Origin: Marsupella aquatica | Taxonomy: Eukaryota; Plantae; Marchantiophyta | Length of the DNA stretch: 64,000 nucleotides | Direction of reading: 5' to 3' | Assembly: GCA_973895155.1 (NCBI GenBank) | Contig: OZ316892.1 | Coordinates: forward strand, 19,913,869-19,977,868 | Shown: positions 13,561-24,939 of the stretch, piece after piece | How the letters are laid out: each line of letters begins with the position of its first letter | Numbering within the stretch: position 1 is the stretch's first letter | Program-made: the position numbers and the translations under genes | Notes under the pieces: generated by a model | The model's input: only the letters and a program-made list of their open reading frames with translations | What the model was told of the DNA's origin: nothing | Database searches by the model: none

Positions 13561-15661
13561 TTCGCCTCCTCTCGTCCCTTGCCTCCTTGCCTCTAGATTG
13601 TTTTGCGCTCTTGCCTCGAGATCCTTGTATTAGCCTCGAGATTGAAGAGGGTCGAGATTAGGGATTTTTCCTCAAGATTTTATAGGGTCAAGATTTTGTG
13701 TTTAAGCTCGAGCTTCGATAGGGTCGAGATATTTTGTTTAGGCTTGAGATTTGTTTTTAAGTTCTCAGCCCGTAGCTAGTACGTTCCTCTCTTCACCAGC
13801 CATGTCGACTGTTGTAGATTTCACCAAGGAGGACTTTGCTGAGTACAACCTTGCAACCATTGGCGAAGAGCTTCAGACCCATCTAGACTCAGCGCATCAG
13901 ATCCATCGCACCATTAAACGTAATTCATCATCTTTGTTCTGTTCAGGTTTAACTCGAGATCGTCTCGAGCTTCAATTGGTCCACTTGTTTCTGGATTCCT
14001 TGGATGCAGTTGAGGCTCGAGATGAGATCATCTCGAGTCTATTGATGTTTTCTGCAATACTTTGCTTCAAAATTTGTGATCTATCAATTGATTTTGCATT
14101 TGATGTAAGTGGCATGAGGCTCGAGATCGTCTCGAGCCAATATGCAATTCCTGCATGTGACCTAGTGAGATTTCTTCAAGTTGGAAACCCTTATCCTTCA
14201 AAAGTGAAACATCATATCCAAAAAATCTAAAATTTCCTTCCTCCAGGGACTTCTGTACCCTCCAACTCGTTCTGATTATTGACATCCGAATGGGTTTGTG
14301 GGTATCAGAAGTCAATGGAGAAAGTGGATTTTAATCATTGATTGAATATGATGTTCATTGTTGAATATGATATTTGGATCACTCGTTTGACATGTTAGGC
14401 TTGAGATCATCTCGAGCCAAATATATCTCTCACCATCTTCCTTTATGGTCATTCGTATCCCTTGGCCAATTTCTTCCAGTTGGAAGGACTCCATGTCGTC
14501 AATTACTAATATCCTTTTCATTGTGATCCAAGCTTGCCTTTTGGACCACTTTCTTAGTCCTCCAACTCATTTGTGAAGATGACAAACCACTGAGTTAGAG
14601 GGTTTTGAATGTGGTCGAATAGGTGACATTGGATCATTCTTAAAAATGTTGTTCGTTAAATTTGACTGGTTCATGATATGCAATGGAATAAAACCTCAAC
14701 TAATATATATGAGGATCGAGATCTTTTAAACAGATGGTGGCTCGAGATCATCTTGATTTCCTAACTATTGTGTTATCTTTTTAGATTTCTTGGGTTTGAA
14801 ATCTCTTTTTAAATTCCACGGATGAAATGGCATTGGAACATGTCAGACTATTAAACTTAAAAGGAAGATCGAGATTATCTCGAGCCACCTATTTGTTTCT
14901 TGGTTTTGTAGTACATGTTTCTGACAATTGCTACATTTTGGCTGTACCAGGTGCAAAATTGGGATCGCCTAATTTGGTAGTCGAAGATGAACATGCAATC
15001 GAGGTTTCCTGCCCTGGACAGGGTTTATTTGGATTCTGTTGGGCCATTGAGCTTGCTAAAACTGAAGACATGGAAGGAACTATTATTTGTGTGAAGACGA
15101 GGTCTCCATCAGTCGATCCTCTAGTGTGCAGCCTTCTAGGGCCTGTTGTTTCTATTGTGACGAGTAACGGTAAGGACATGGTTTTGACGGGGGAGAACCA
15201 CGAGACAGGGAAGTGGGCTCTAATTAGACTTCACGCCAAAAACTACTCTTGCGATCTTAACATTGAACGTGCAGCCAGGAAATAACTGAGCGTGATATCA
15301 ATGGGGTTCTTCCCCGAGGGTTTTACTACAAGTAATTTGCTAGAAGATACTCCTATATCTGGAGCGGACATAATTTTTGGATTCCTTTATTGTTGAAAGT
15401 ATGGGTTTGATCGTGATGATGCATTCACGACTCCTTTCACGTGGAAGGTTTTGAGACTAATGTCGGAATCCAAATTGGGGGAGTTTGAATCCATATCCCC
15501 TGATTTTGTGTTTGGAGCCGAAGAATTTGACGAGGATGCTTGTAAAAAGTGGGTGTTGTCTCATCGGAGACAAACAGGTAAATTGAAATCTGTAGCTGCG
15601 GGAGACAAGACGTCTGGTTTGGACAAAAAGGAAGCAAAGGTGTCTCAAAAGAGGAAGAGGG

Positions 15662-16425
15662 TTGAGAAACCCGAAAGCAAAGCGAAGAAAGAAGGCTCCA
15701 CCTCAAAAAAAGTCCGCGCCGCCCAAGGTAGATCTCATTCCGGCATCTTCCTTGGGTGTGAATGCACATACCGATGATGATGGCACTCCAGGAGATGCTC
15801 CGGGAGAAAAGAGCGTTAAGGAAGGAGCCGAAGTTCTTAAGGAGATTGAGGAGTATTACACATTTGGCATGAAGGAAACTTTTGACATTCCTGTCACTAG
15901 TATAGATTCGCCGTCTGCAGTTTTGGTATATAGGATGTTCAGTAAAGACCATGCCATGGAGGTCGCAAAATCCATGGTTAGAAACCCTGGAATGGTACCA
16001 GCTGTGGCGGATTTAATTCCGTATTCACGAGAGAGTTTGCAGTTGCTCCATTATGAGAATACTGCTGAGGATCGAAAGGAGTTTGAGTGGGGTGTTAAGA
16101 ATAAGAAGGTGCAGTTCCTTGCAATCAATGGACAACACTCGGCAAAGGCAGCTGTTTGGATCATAGGTTGGGCTAAGAGCGATGCAAAGTTGAAGGAGGT
16201 CGCAAAGAGTCTGCAATAGCAAAAGTCACAAATTCTTTCGGACAGAACTCCAAGAACAATACTTGCTCAACACTCACAAAGGGAAAATGTTGTTAATAAG
16301 ACCATGGAGTATGAGTCCTGTTTTCTTGATACTATGGTCCATGCCCGTCGACAGTTTGACAAGTGTGGCCATGCGGAGAGACCCGTGATTGGGTCCAATA
16401 GACTAACGGATCATCAAACGTTCCA
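15662..16425 (+). pseudogene. ParB/Srx (DGQHR-like) domain of transposon cargo protein
   Basis: IPVTSIDSP...YRMFSKDHAMEVAKSMVRNP...VQFLAINGQHSAKAA fits the ParB N-terminal pattern (R..F....L.ELA.SI....; I.GxHR, here GQHS). Preceded by a K-rich NLS-like region; one in-frame TAG. Confidence 0.55.
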
Positions 16426-17062
16426 GGTAAATTTGAACTCAAATCCACTTCTAGCTCGAGATTGTCTCGAGCCTTGAGGTCAAGTTTCTGTATTTGATTT
16501 ATCTTCATGTATTCTCCCATAAATTTTACCATAGTTCCTTAATTCTACCTCAAGATCGTCTCGAGCCTCAGATTTTCTTTGTACTGTTTGGATCAGGATT
16601 TTATGGCCCTTGCCAAAATAACAACTGGAAAATTCAATCTCCGGAATTTTTTTGGTTGCTATTTTCGGATGAGAACCTCTTCCGAACTTGGAGACAAATG
16701 TGCATCGATTGGGTCAAGGGACTTCTTCCGGATGGTCTAGGGGAGTTAGGTTCAAAAATAAATGGGAAATCCCGGACAACAAAAATGATTACGCCGGCAT
16801 TGTTTAGATGCTTTGAAGGAGACCTGAGTAGTGACGACATTCTGAAAGTTTTTACTGCCGTTCAACAACAGAAGGTTTTATTGAAGAAAGACCCAGCCAA
16901 CAAATCTGATGTTCAATCAATGAGTGATATGGCTCATACTTTCAAAGTCATGACCAAGCTGAGGGCAAAAATTGTGGAGTACTTCATTTTGAAGTATCCG
17001 GATCGGTTTGCCAATTCACTCACTTGGTTTGAGCTAACTCAATTTTTGCCTGCATTTATGAG

Positions 17063-17300
17063 ATGGTCGGTCGGCGTGGTGGCTTTGTAAATCCGAGAGC
17101 AAAGCCTTTGCGAATGATAAAACGTCTTGTTGATTATTTCTCGTGCCCAGGTCATACAGTGTTGGATTTCTTCTCTGGAGGACAGACATTGAAAGCTTGT
17201 GTCATTCTTGGTCGGGATTGTTTTGTGTATTCGGACACAGCTCAAGAGATGGAATTCATAGAAGCCTTTGCTCAGCTCCTTCATGACAACAAGCAGGTTT
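17063..17300 (+). pseudogene. C-terminal half (motifs X-I-II) of a beta-class N4-cytosine/N6-adenine DNA methyltransferase
   Basis: NPRAKPLRMIKRLVDYFSCPGHTVLDFFSGGQTLKACVILGRDCF matches the N6_N4_Mtase consensus HPTxKPxxLxxRLIxxxSxPGDxVLDPFxGSGTTxxAAxxLGR. I found no DPPY/SPPY motif IV upstream, and the frame changes abruptly at ~17060. Confidence 0.7.
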
Positions 17301-18375
17301 TATATGTGCCACCCAAGGAGTCGTTACCATCTGAGGAAATTACTGCCGGTCCCCTTGTTGTAATAGAAGAGGCGGCCTTAGACATAGCTCCGGTGGAAGC
17401 CAGTGTTTATGAGGAAGTATTTGTGAAGAATTTAGAGCATCGCAAAATGGAGGGCCCAAAAATCACAAGCTACATGGAAGAGGAGGGTGAAATACTGCCT
17501 GAATTTGGAAATGATGCTTGAGATGATCTCGACGTTCCAGGTGTTCCTTCATCGGGTGACCTTGGGGATGCACAACGTGAACAACAGTCTTCAACCTTGG
17601 ATGTTGGCTGGGAATCCACCTTGCTCAATTAGCCAACCAATTCCAAGCCCTCCTCAACTGGATGAGATTTTCTCTACTAAGAAAGCTAGTGGCTGCCATA
17701 CTCCCCCTCAGGACGAGGCAGGTGCATCGTCCTCTCCCTTGGACCAAATGTTTTGCGCTTCAAAGAATAAGCTTGTTTTCACAGATTCTTCTACTGGAAG
17801 CCCCGTAATTCTCCCTTTTGTTAGGAAACCGGGGACTGAAATTGGTAGAACTGGTTACAAATCACTCAAAGCAAGTGCTACTCATTATGTTTGGACTGAT
17901 GGACCGTCAAAAGGTCAACAAGTCAGTATAGAGCAGTCTGAGAAGATTATTCGATCTAGAAAGTATAGGAAGGATAAGTTCAAATTAGTGCCAGTTTGGT
18001 CTGAGCCAGCTCTTGTTGAGACCCTTCTCGGAGGGATAAATTTGGACATCCAAAACCAACTAGGAGATAACCTTCTAGATGAATTTGGGTCTTTCAGCAT
18101 GTGAGGTTGAAACCCAAGTTATTTTGAACAGTCCTGAAATTCAGCCGTCTAAATTATTATGTCTACCTTCACAGAAATAGGCGGGCCCTTACTAGTTGTG
18201 GAGTGCATCGACAATAATCTCCAAAGATGTCCTGAGATTTCTTCAACTACTGACCTTCAACCAACAATAGGTATGACGTTGACTGTTGTTCATTCACTTG
18301 TGATGCTCGAGATCGTCTCGAGCATTCCTTTGTTTTATCTCCCACAATTCTAACATTGGTGTTCCTTCTTTGCAG

Positions 18376-19433
18376 GACCCTTGCCTCCACTTCACGGTCC
18401 GATCAGACGGAAGCTATTGATTCTTGACCTCAACAAAATGTGTTGGGATTCTGTCAAAATGCCAAGTTCCGGACCGCGCCGTAGTGCAACAAGTGTCAAG
18501 GGTGTCCACTGGGGGAGACGTGGAGGGTTTAACTTTATGTATGTTGAGCGACCCCATCTTCACGAGTTCTTAATTGCAGCTTTTTCATTATTTGATGTTG
18601 CCATTTGGACTTGTGCAAGGAAATCCAGGACGGATGAAATGATTCATTTGATCTTCAGTCAAGAAGAGTGAGAGCAATTCAAGTTTATTCTCACACAAGA
18701 AGATACATTCGATACTGGAATCCAGAGGCCTAACATTACCAATGGGAAGGCAAATATTCATTTGAAGGATTTGAGGGTGGTTTGGAAACGTTATGGTGGA
18801 TTATACGACGAAACTAATACACTCCTTCTTGATGACACTCCAATGAAGGCATTTGCGAATCCAGAGAATTGTGGGTTGTTTCCTTCCTCATTTTCGCATC
18901 ACTCCACGGATGATACATTCTTTCCAGAAATACTATGGCCTATGCTCAGGAAATTGTATCATGCCTTCAATCTTCAGCACTACCTTTTTATCAATCATCC
19001 AAAGTGGTCTATGATAAATGTTTTAGCGGACAGAGATCAACAGGCTGCCATTTATGCGTTGTTGACAAAGCGGTGGGGTAGTATGGTATGGGTTCATTCG
19101 GTTATGCATACAGTCTTGGATGTCATAGCGGACAAAATTCCTTGGGATGTCAAGAATGAAGTACAACAATTACCACCAATGGAGGAATTGACGGAGGAGG
19201 CGATCAACGACCTTGCAAAGACGTTAATTGGATATCAATACACAGGACCCTACAGAGACAATCATCGGGGATTTGTTTCAGAAGTCTTGAGGTGTAGGGA
19301 CCTCACCACGAAGTTCTGGAATAGGAAGCCTCTCAATTTCTGCAATCGCGATATGAAATATGACCCATCAGGGTCTAGATTTACTTGCTCAAATGAATTC
19401 TGCGGGGTGGAGGAGCATGAGATTTGGGTCTAG
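18376..19433 (+). pseudogene. FCP1/NIF-family HAD phosphatase domain (transposon cargo)
   Basis: RKLLILDLNK...YVERPHLHEFL...FDVAIWT...KDLRVVW...NTLLLDDTPMKAFANP; one in-frame TGA; GT-AG intron ~18271-18375 links it to an upstream exon. Confidence 0.8.
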
Positions 19434-20135
19434 ATTATCTCGACCCTACACTGAAGAGTTACAATGTGAGTTGTAGATATACATATTCTTACTCAAAAAT
19501 AAGTGAAGCTATGCGTACTATCCATTTGAGTCTAGATGTTGTTGATCCTCTTTTACTTGTAGATATGTTCTCAGAAAAAGGTTATTTGGGTCTCGACCCT
19601 ATACAAAGGGAATAGCTAGAGATATAGATTCAACAACGGGTCAAAATTATGTGGACCCTACATTTGGGTCGAGATAATCTCGACATAGATTTTTACATAG
19701 TAATTGATATACATTCAACAACCGGTCAAAACCATCTAGAGCCTGCATTGGGGCAGACGTGGTCTCGACCCTATAAAAATAGATTTTTTACTTTTATAAT
19801 ACATCACTAGTTTACCTTCCCTGTTTGTGTAACTTGGTTATCACGGGTCATTTGAATTTATTATATTGTCTTATTCTATTTTTTCATTGTTTATATTGTA
19901 TATAATAAGAACACTTTATTGTCTTTTAATTAATAAGTATTAATAATTGATAACTGAATTATTTAATTAATAATTTGGGCATTAGAATTGTAATTTTAGA
20001 CCTCAAAAAGTGTATATTTGGCCACTAAAATATATGCTTTTGGGGAACAAGTTATAGAACTTTTGGGGGTAAAATAATAAATTTGAAGGTCAACTTCTGG
20101 ACTAGAGAAATTCCAGTTTTAATGAATAGGGTGAT

Positions 20136-21984
20136 CCAATTCTTCCCCAAAAACCGGAGGATCATGCTAATGAAGACGTTCCTCCAGCTAGTGCAACGGG
20201 GTCAGAGCACTCCACACCACCTTGACTCTCACCTACATTCAGCAATGATGAACAAGTACCTGATCATGTTCAAGGTAACTCTTCTCTTTGAGTGAATGAT
20301 AAAATCGAGATGCATGCAGACGTTGAGGACTGTCCAGGAGAGTTACCTCCATCGTATATTACTGCAATGGATGATATGGGGGAAATATCACGAAGTCCTG
20401 CTTTACTTCCAATTGAAGTAAGTAGCAATGCTTTAGTTGCTTTGCAGGATTGTAATTCGGAAGATTCTCCTAGTCCAACTCCATATATAGAGGTAGCTTC
20501 TCCCTTACAACTCTCAGCTGAATCCCTAGAAGCATCATGCTCAGAGTTTGTGAGGCTGTCTAAGGCTGATTCAGAGGACGAAATAGTAGATGTAGAAGGA
20601 GTAGCTGAACAACCAACTCCACCTAATTTGGTCACGACATTTCCTATGTGGCCGACCCCCGAAACCACAATATCAGTTGCTTTGATTATGTATGAGGAGT
20701 TAGCAGAAGCATTGGAGAGAATAGGACCTCCTCGGACACTCCCATCTGTTGATTGGGTTTCTCCATCTTATCTTCCAGGAGGAGAGATTGCTTGAGTCTC
20801 AACCCAGTTTACAAACCACTCCATCTCTTGGGCCTTCAAGCAACTTAGGGATACCTAAGACCATGAGTATATCTCCACCCATACCTCTGTTTGGAACACC
20901 TGATTTGGCATTTAGCTCTGCATCAGCTTCTATCTTACTAGATTCAAGCAGAGATAAGGGTACTCGGATATCACTTGTAGATGAGAGTTCACCTATTAAG
21001 GAGAAATTTCAAGTGACACACTCAAAGACCTTGGAAAAGATTGCGACGAGCAACAAGCCGACAAATCTTTCTTGAAGCAACAGTTTTGGAGCAGCAGAAG
21101 CCAACCATTGTATCAAAGAGGAATTCTTCTCCATCCACAGAACCTCATAAAGATGCAAGAAGTCAGGGAGAAGTTTTGCCAAGCATAGAGGTTGAAAGAG
21201 AGTACCTCACTTCAGCACCAATGGACCTGACCAAAGAAAGCCTTGATGCTCCAGCTACAGAAGAGCATGAACTTTTGAGATGTAGTATTCCAGAACTTCC
21301 TGTGCCTACATCTCCATTGTTCCTTCACGCTTGCCTGATAGAGAGTCTGTGATTCCCTCCTCAGACTCGAATATTATTTTCCGTTGGATAGGAGCTCTCA
21401 GTGATGGGGAAGATGAAGATGACCCTAAGATCATCAGAGTACCACCTAAACTTTGGCAACAACAGGTACTTCCTCCACCAGTTCCTATACCTAATCTTGC
21501 TTCTATTCACAGATGGGAAAAGAAAGATTTTTGGATAGCTTTCCGACATTTAGAGATGGAAAGTATATATCAACAACAGCAGATTTTACCTGGTATGTAT
21601 CACGGAGGTATTCGAACGTTGATTCATACATATAAGCCTGGTAAGGCTGTTCCTCCCATCGACAAGGATAGAAGATATAAATTTTTGGAGTATGAAATTT
21701 GGTGTTGGGTATATGTCAGGCTCCGACGTGCTGAAGCTCCTTTTCCGCCAATAGCTCCAGAATTTCCTTGGCCATACCAATACTCTGTCTGGGTCTGCCA
21801 TGAAGGGTATGCTATTCTGCATAAGTACGAGAAAGAGCTTGTTAAGTTACGAGAACAGTTGATACGGAATAAGGCTATGAACTCTTCTGCTCAAGGGTAT
21901 AAGTCACTTAGGAGATTAGTAAGGTTACCTACTCCTCCTTCATGGCCGGACGTAGTCACTCTAAAAGGGTTATTGAGTAGATAG
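20136..21984 (+). pseudogene. Gypsy extra ORF, 3' part (S/P/E-rich linker and W-rich C-terminal domain)
   Basis: In frame with 7524-7803 once the insertion is removed; continues through ORFs 20292, 20749, 21041 and 21331 with stops and frameshifts. Confidence 0.55.
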
Positions 21985-22095
21985 CAGATTTGTATTTAAC
22001 CACTTCGTGTATAAGATTTGAAAGGACATTTATTCCCTGGAGTATAAACGGATCTGATTGAAGTACTGAGCAGCACTCATTCTATTTGAGTCAAC

Positions 22096-22464
22096 ATGTG
22101 GACTGTAAAAGCTACCATGGATTGCTGTGATCCTCTACCCCGTGCATTTCAGCATTCCCTTGAAGGGGAGATTAAATTGGAAGGACACACCATTCAACAA
22201 TTTGTTATTGACCCAGGCTCTGGAATAAATTTACTGTCCCACAGACTGTTTCATCAATTAGTTCGCCAACAAGTTCAGCCCATATGTGCTCAAATCTCAA
22301 TCGATGGACGATTAATTCAACTTTGGGGTAGAGTAAAACAAGTGTCATTACAAATTGGAGAAGAATTTTATGACCTCAATTTTTATATTGTGAACCCCAA
22401 TGACAGCCATATTCCATCAATGGTCTTGAGTACCACTTGGATTCCGAAGCCAGAAGATTTTTGA
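22096..22464 (+). CDS. Stand-alone retropepsin-like ORF downstream of the extra ORF
   Basis: GEIKLEGHTIQQFVIDPGSGINLLS...MVLSTTWI fits the retroviral aspartic protease fold, but has DPG instead of D(T/S)G. Confidence 0.55.
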   Translation: MWTVKATMDCCDPLPRAFQHSLEGEIKLEGHTIQQFVIDPGSGINLLSHRLFHQLVRQQVQPICAQISIDGRLIQLWGRVKQVSLQIGEEFYDLNFYIVNPNDSHIPSMVLSTTWIPKPEDF

Positions 22465-23446
22465 TAAGGAATGCAGCTCTGGTCTTCAGTCGCAGCATGT
22501 TTGTCTTGTGCGGACACAACGAGGTTTAAGTGGAGGGCTATGTGGAACGGCGGCCTCTACATTTTTCTTGGAAGTCGGTTTATTTTTAGCACTTTTCTAG
22601 TATTTGTTCTATTCGGGACGCTTTTCAGAACCGTCTGCCACCACCGACCCTTTTTTGACCGATGCTTTCAGAAGCGTCCACCCTGATCCGGTGATTCACC
22701 CTTGACGCCTTCAACAGCGTCAACTTTTTCTGAGTACTTTCGACTAGCGACGCTACCAGAAGCGTCCATCCTAATACTGACGCTTTCCGAAGCGTCCGCT
22801 ACCTTAGATGTATTCTGCTACTCGGTCCTTCCGATACTTAGACTTAGTTTTCAAAATAGACTACCAATATAGTAGTATTTTGCCAACCTCGAAGTACTTA
22901 TGCTGTACTTCTCTCATGCTTAGTTTGACTTGAAGAGGCATGGCTTTTCATGTTTCCTTCATTTTAGGATTCTAGGACTTATAAGACTCACTAGGATGCT
23001 CATTCAGACTAGAGAGAAATAACATTCTATTCCGAAATGAGACTTCTGAAGTAATTTCTCCTCCTTCCATTGTAACAAGGCATTGTAGAGTGTTTTGTAT
23101 GGAAGTAAAGCTGCATATGTTTGAAATTGTAGATGAATTCAAGAGATTCCTTTGGTGATTGAATTCAATTGCAAGCTTTTGAGACTTATATTGAATTCAC
23201 TGTTGGGCTTACTTGTGAAGTCAAGATTCGGTAGCCAATTCAAGAGTTGTTGTTTGATATGTGAAGAGTAAAGTTTGGTTCTCAGAGTATTCAGTACCAT
23301 TGCTTTGTTTGTGGAATATGGCTTAGTGTTTTGACTGAATTGTGTATCGCTGATGTCAAACCATGTTGCAGGCATTTTAAGTCATATCGTTACATTTGCA
23401 ACCAGAAAAATACTTGTTTATCAAATGGAGAATTCCTTATCATGCA

Positions 23447-23777
23447 TGTCACACCATTATGAGTGGTAGTATAGGATATCGGACTATGTAGGTTTGAGGC
23501 TTTCATATGTGTGTTATCTAAGTGGTTTAGGGTTAGTGTATGTTTGTGAGGGATAGTTATATATCTCTTTGTGTTGGCTCAAAGGTCTCATCTTTTGATG
23601 TTGAGCCTTTCGAGCACAAACTCTAGCGGCTATGGTGTGGCTGTCTAGGTTGTGTGTACGTAACGTGGATTCCTTGAGGCGCAAGGTGCGTTTGGCTTGA
23701 CATAAGTGTGTGATCGCGTCAGACAAGATTGTGTGTTTGATTGGCATCAATCGTTGTTCGATTATTCTTGAAGATTA
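23447..23777 (+). repeat. Terminal repeat segment A1 (331 bp)
   Basis: Near-identical to 32399-32729 (one substitution noticed). Confidence 0.95.
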
Positions 23778-24440
23778 CATCAAAAGATCAGCTTCAAACT
23801 CTGTTGTGCCGACTGTGTAGACAGAAGTTTGATTTCATTTTGGTTTTGTTGTTGACGATTCGTGGTAGCTCGGATCGGGTGTTGTTATTGAACGGATCGC
23901 TGGTATCTCGATCTATTGCAAGTTGGTGCGACACTTGCGTAGTTCAAGTGAAGCTTCAAGTTGTTGTTGCTAAGTTGTGGTTTTGGAGTTGCGGTCTTCA
24001 TCGATATGCAGTGTTGCATCGTGGAGGATTGATTGTGTGATCGACAAGCGAATGTTGCTGTCGACAATTGTGTGTGAGACAGATGATGGTGTCTGGTCCT
24101 ATTTTGTGAAGGGAAAGTAGTCGGATGTGCGACTCTTTGTGGTTTTGATTGAGGTGGTTCAATTGGGAGCCCGATAGTTGATTATGTTTACAATTTTTGT
24201 AGGATGCAGTTCTGATTTGCATCAAGTTCCTTGTTGATGGATAGTGCGTTTCTATGAAGGAAACGACGTTGAATGTTGGTGAATTGTGTTGGCGGCGCGC
24301 GACAAGATAAGGCACCGCAGAGAGGCAAGGCGGCTGTGACTTAGGGCACAGAGGAAACGACAAATACTGAATAGTGATTTTACCGTCAATTGCGGCGTGT
24401 TTAGCGCATGACTTGAGCAAAGAGAGTTTTGGTGGGGAGG

Positions 24441-24861
24441 CACCCACAGCCCGCGGCCTGTGACCAATTCATCTTGGTTGTTGGAGTTGGCACCCACAGC
24501 CCACGGGCTGTGACCTCTTGCAGCTTGGCTAGCACTCACAGTCCACGGCCTGTGGCCTCTCATAGTTTGGTTGTGTGGGCTAGCACCCACAGCCCACGGC
24601 CTGTGGCCTCTCATAGTTTGGTTGTGTGGGTTGGCACCCACAGCCCACGGCCTGTGGCCTCTTGTAGTTTGGTTGCGTGGGTAGTCACCCACAGCCCACG
24701 GCTTGTGGCCGATTCATCTTGGTTGTGTGGGTTGGCACCCACAGCCCACGGCCTGTGGCCTCTTGAAGTTTGGTTGCGTGGGTAGTCACCCACAGCCCAC
24801 GGCCTGTGGCTGATTCATCTTGTTTGTGTGGGTAGGTACCCACAGCCCACGGCATGTGGCC
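24441..24861 (+). repeat. ~50-bp tandem array (9 units) of CACCCACAGCCCACGGCCTGTGG in the 5' UTR
   Basis: Units at 24441, 24491, 24533, 24584, 24635, 24686, 24736, 24787 and 24837; imperfect dyad CCACAGCC/GGC(C)TGTGG. Confidence 0.9.
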
Positions 24862-24939
24862 TAGGGTTTTGGAATCACGGAGTCTTCCAATAATGCAAAG
24901 CTACTTGGTGAACAACGGACTGGTTTCACTCGAAGTGGA

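Larger units (their letters stand above)
7804..20135. mobile_element. 12.3-kb TIR DNA transposon (Sola1/DUF7869-like) carrying cargo genes
   Basis: Left end ATCAGTCTATTCATTAAAACTGGAA versus reverse complement of the right end ATCACCCTATTCATTAAAACTGGAA. CCAA flanks both sides (7800-7803, 20136-20139). Removing the element restores the host ORF. Confidence 0.85.

Noticed and set aside
15662-17300. Bacterial or phage contamination, or a restriction-modification locus
   Set aside because: The domains lie within TIRs nested in a plant retrotransposon and are interrupted by GT-AG introns.
23514-23750. 78-aa ORF duplicated at 32466-32702
   Set aside because: Chance antisense ORF inside terminal repeat A with no recognisable domain.
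24441-24861. CRISPR-like array of ~23-bp semi-palindromic repeats
   Set aside because: The spacers are homologous to each other, there are no cas genes, and the array sits in a eukaryotic retrotransposon UTR; it is a tandem repeat.
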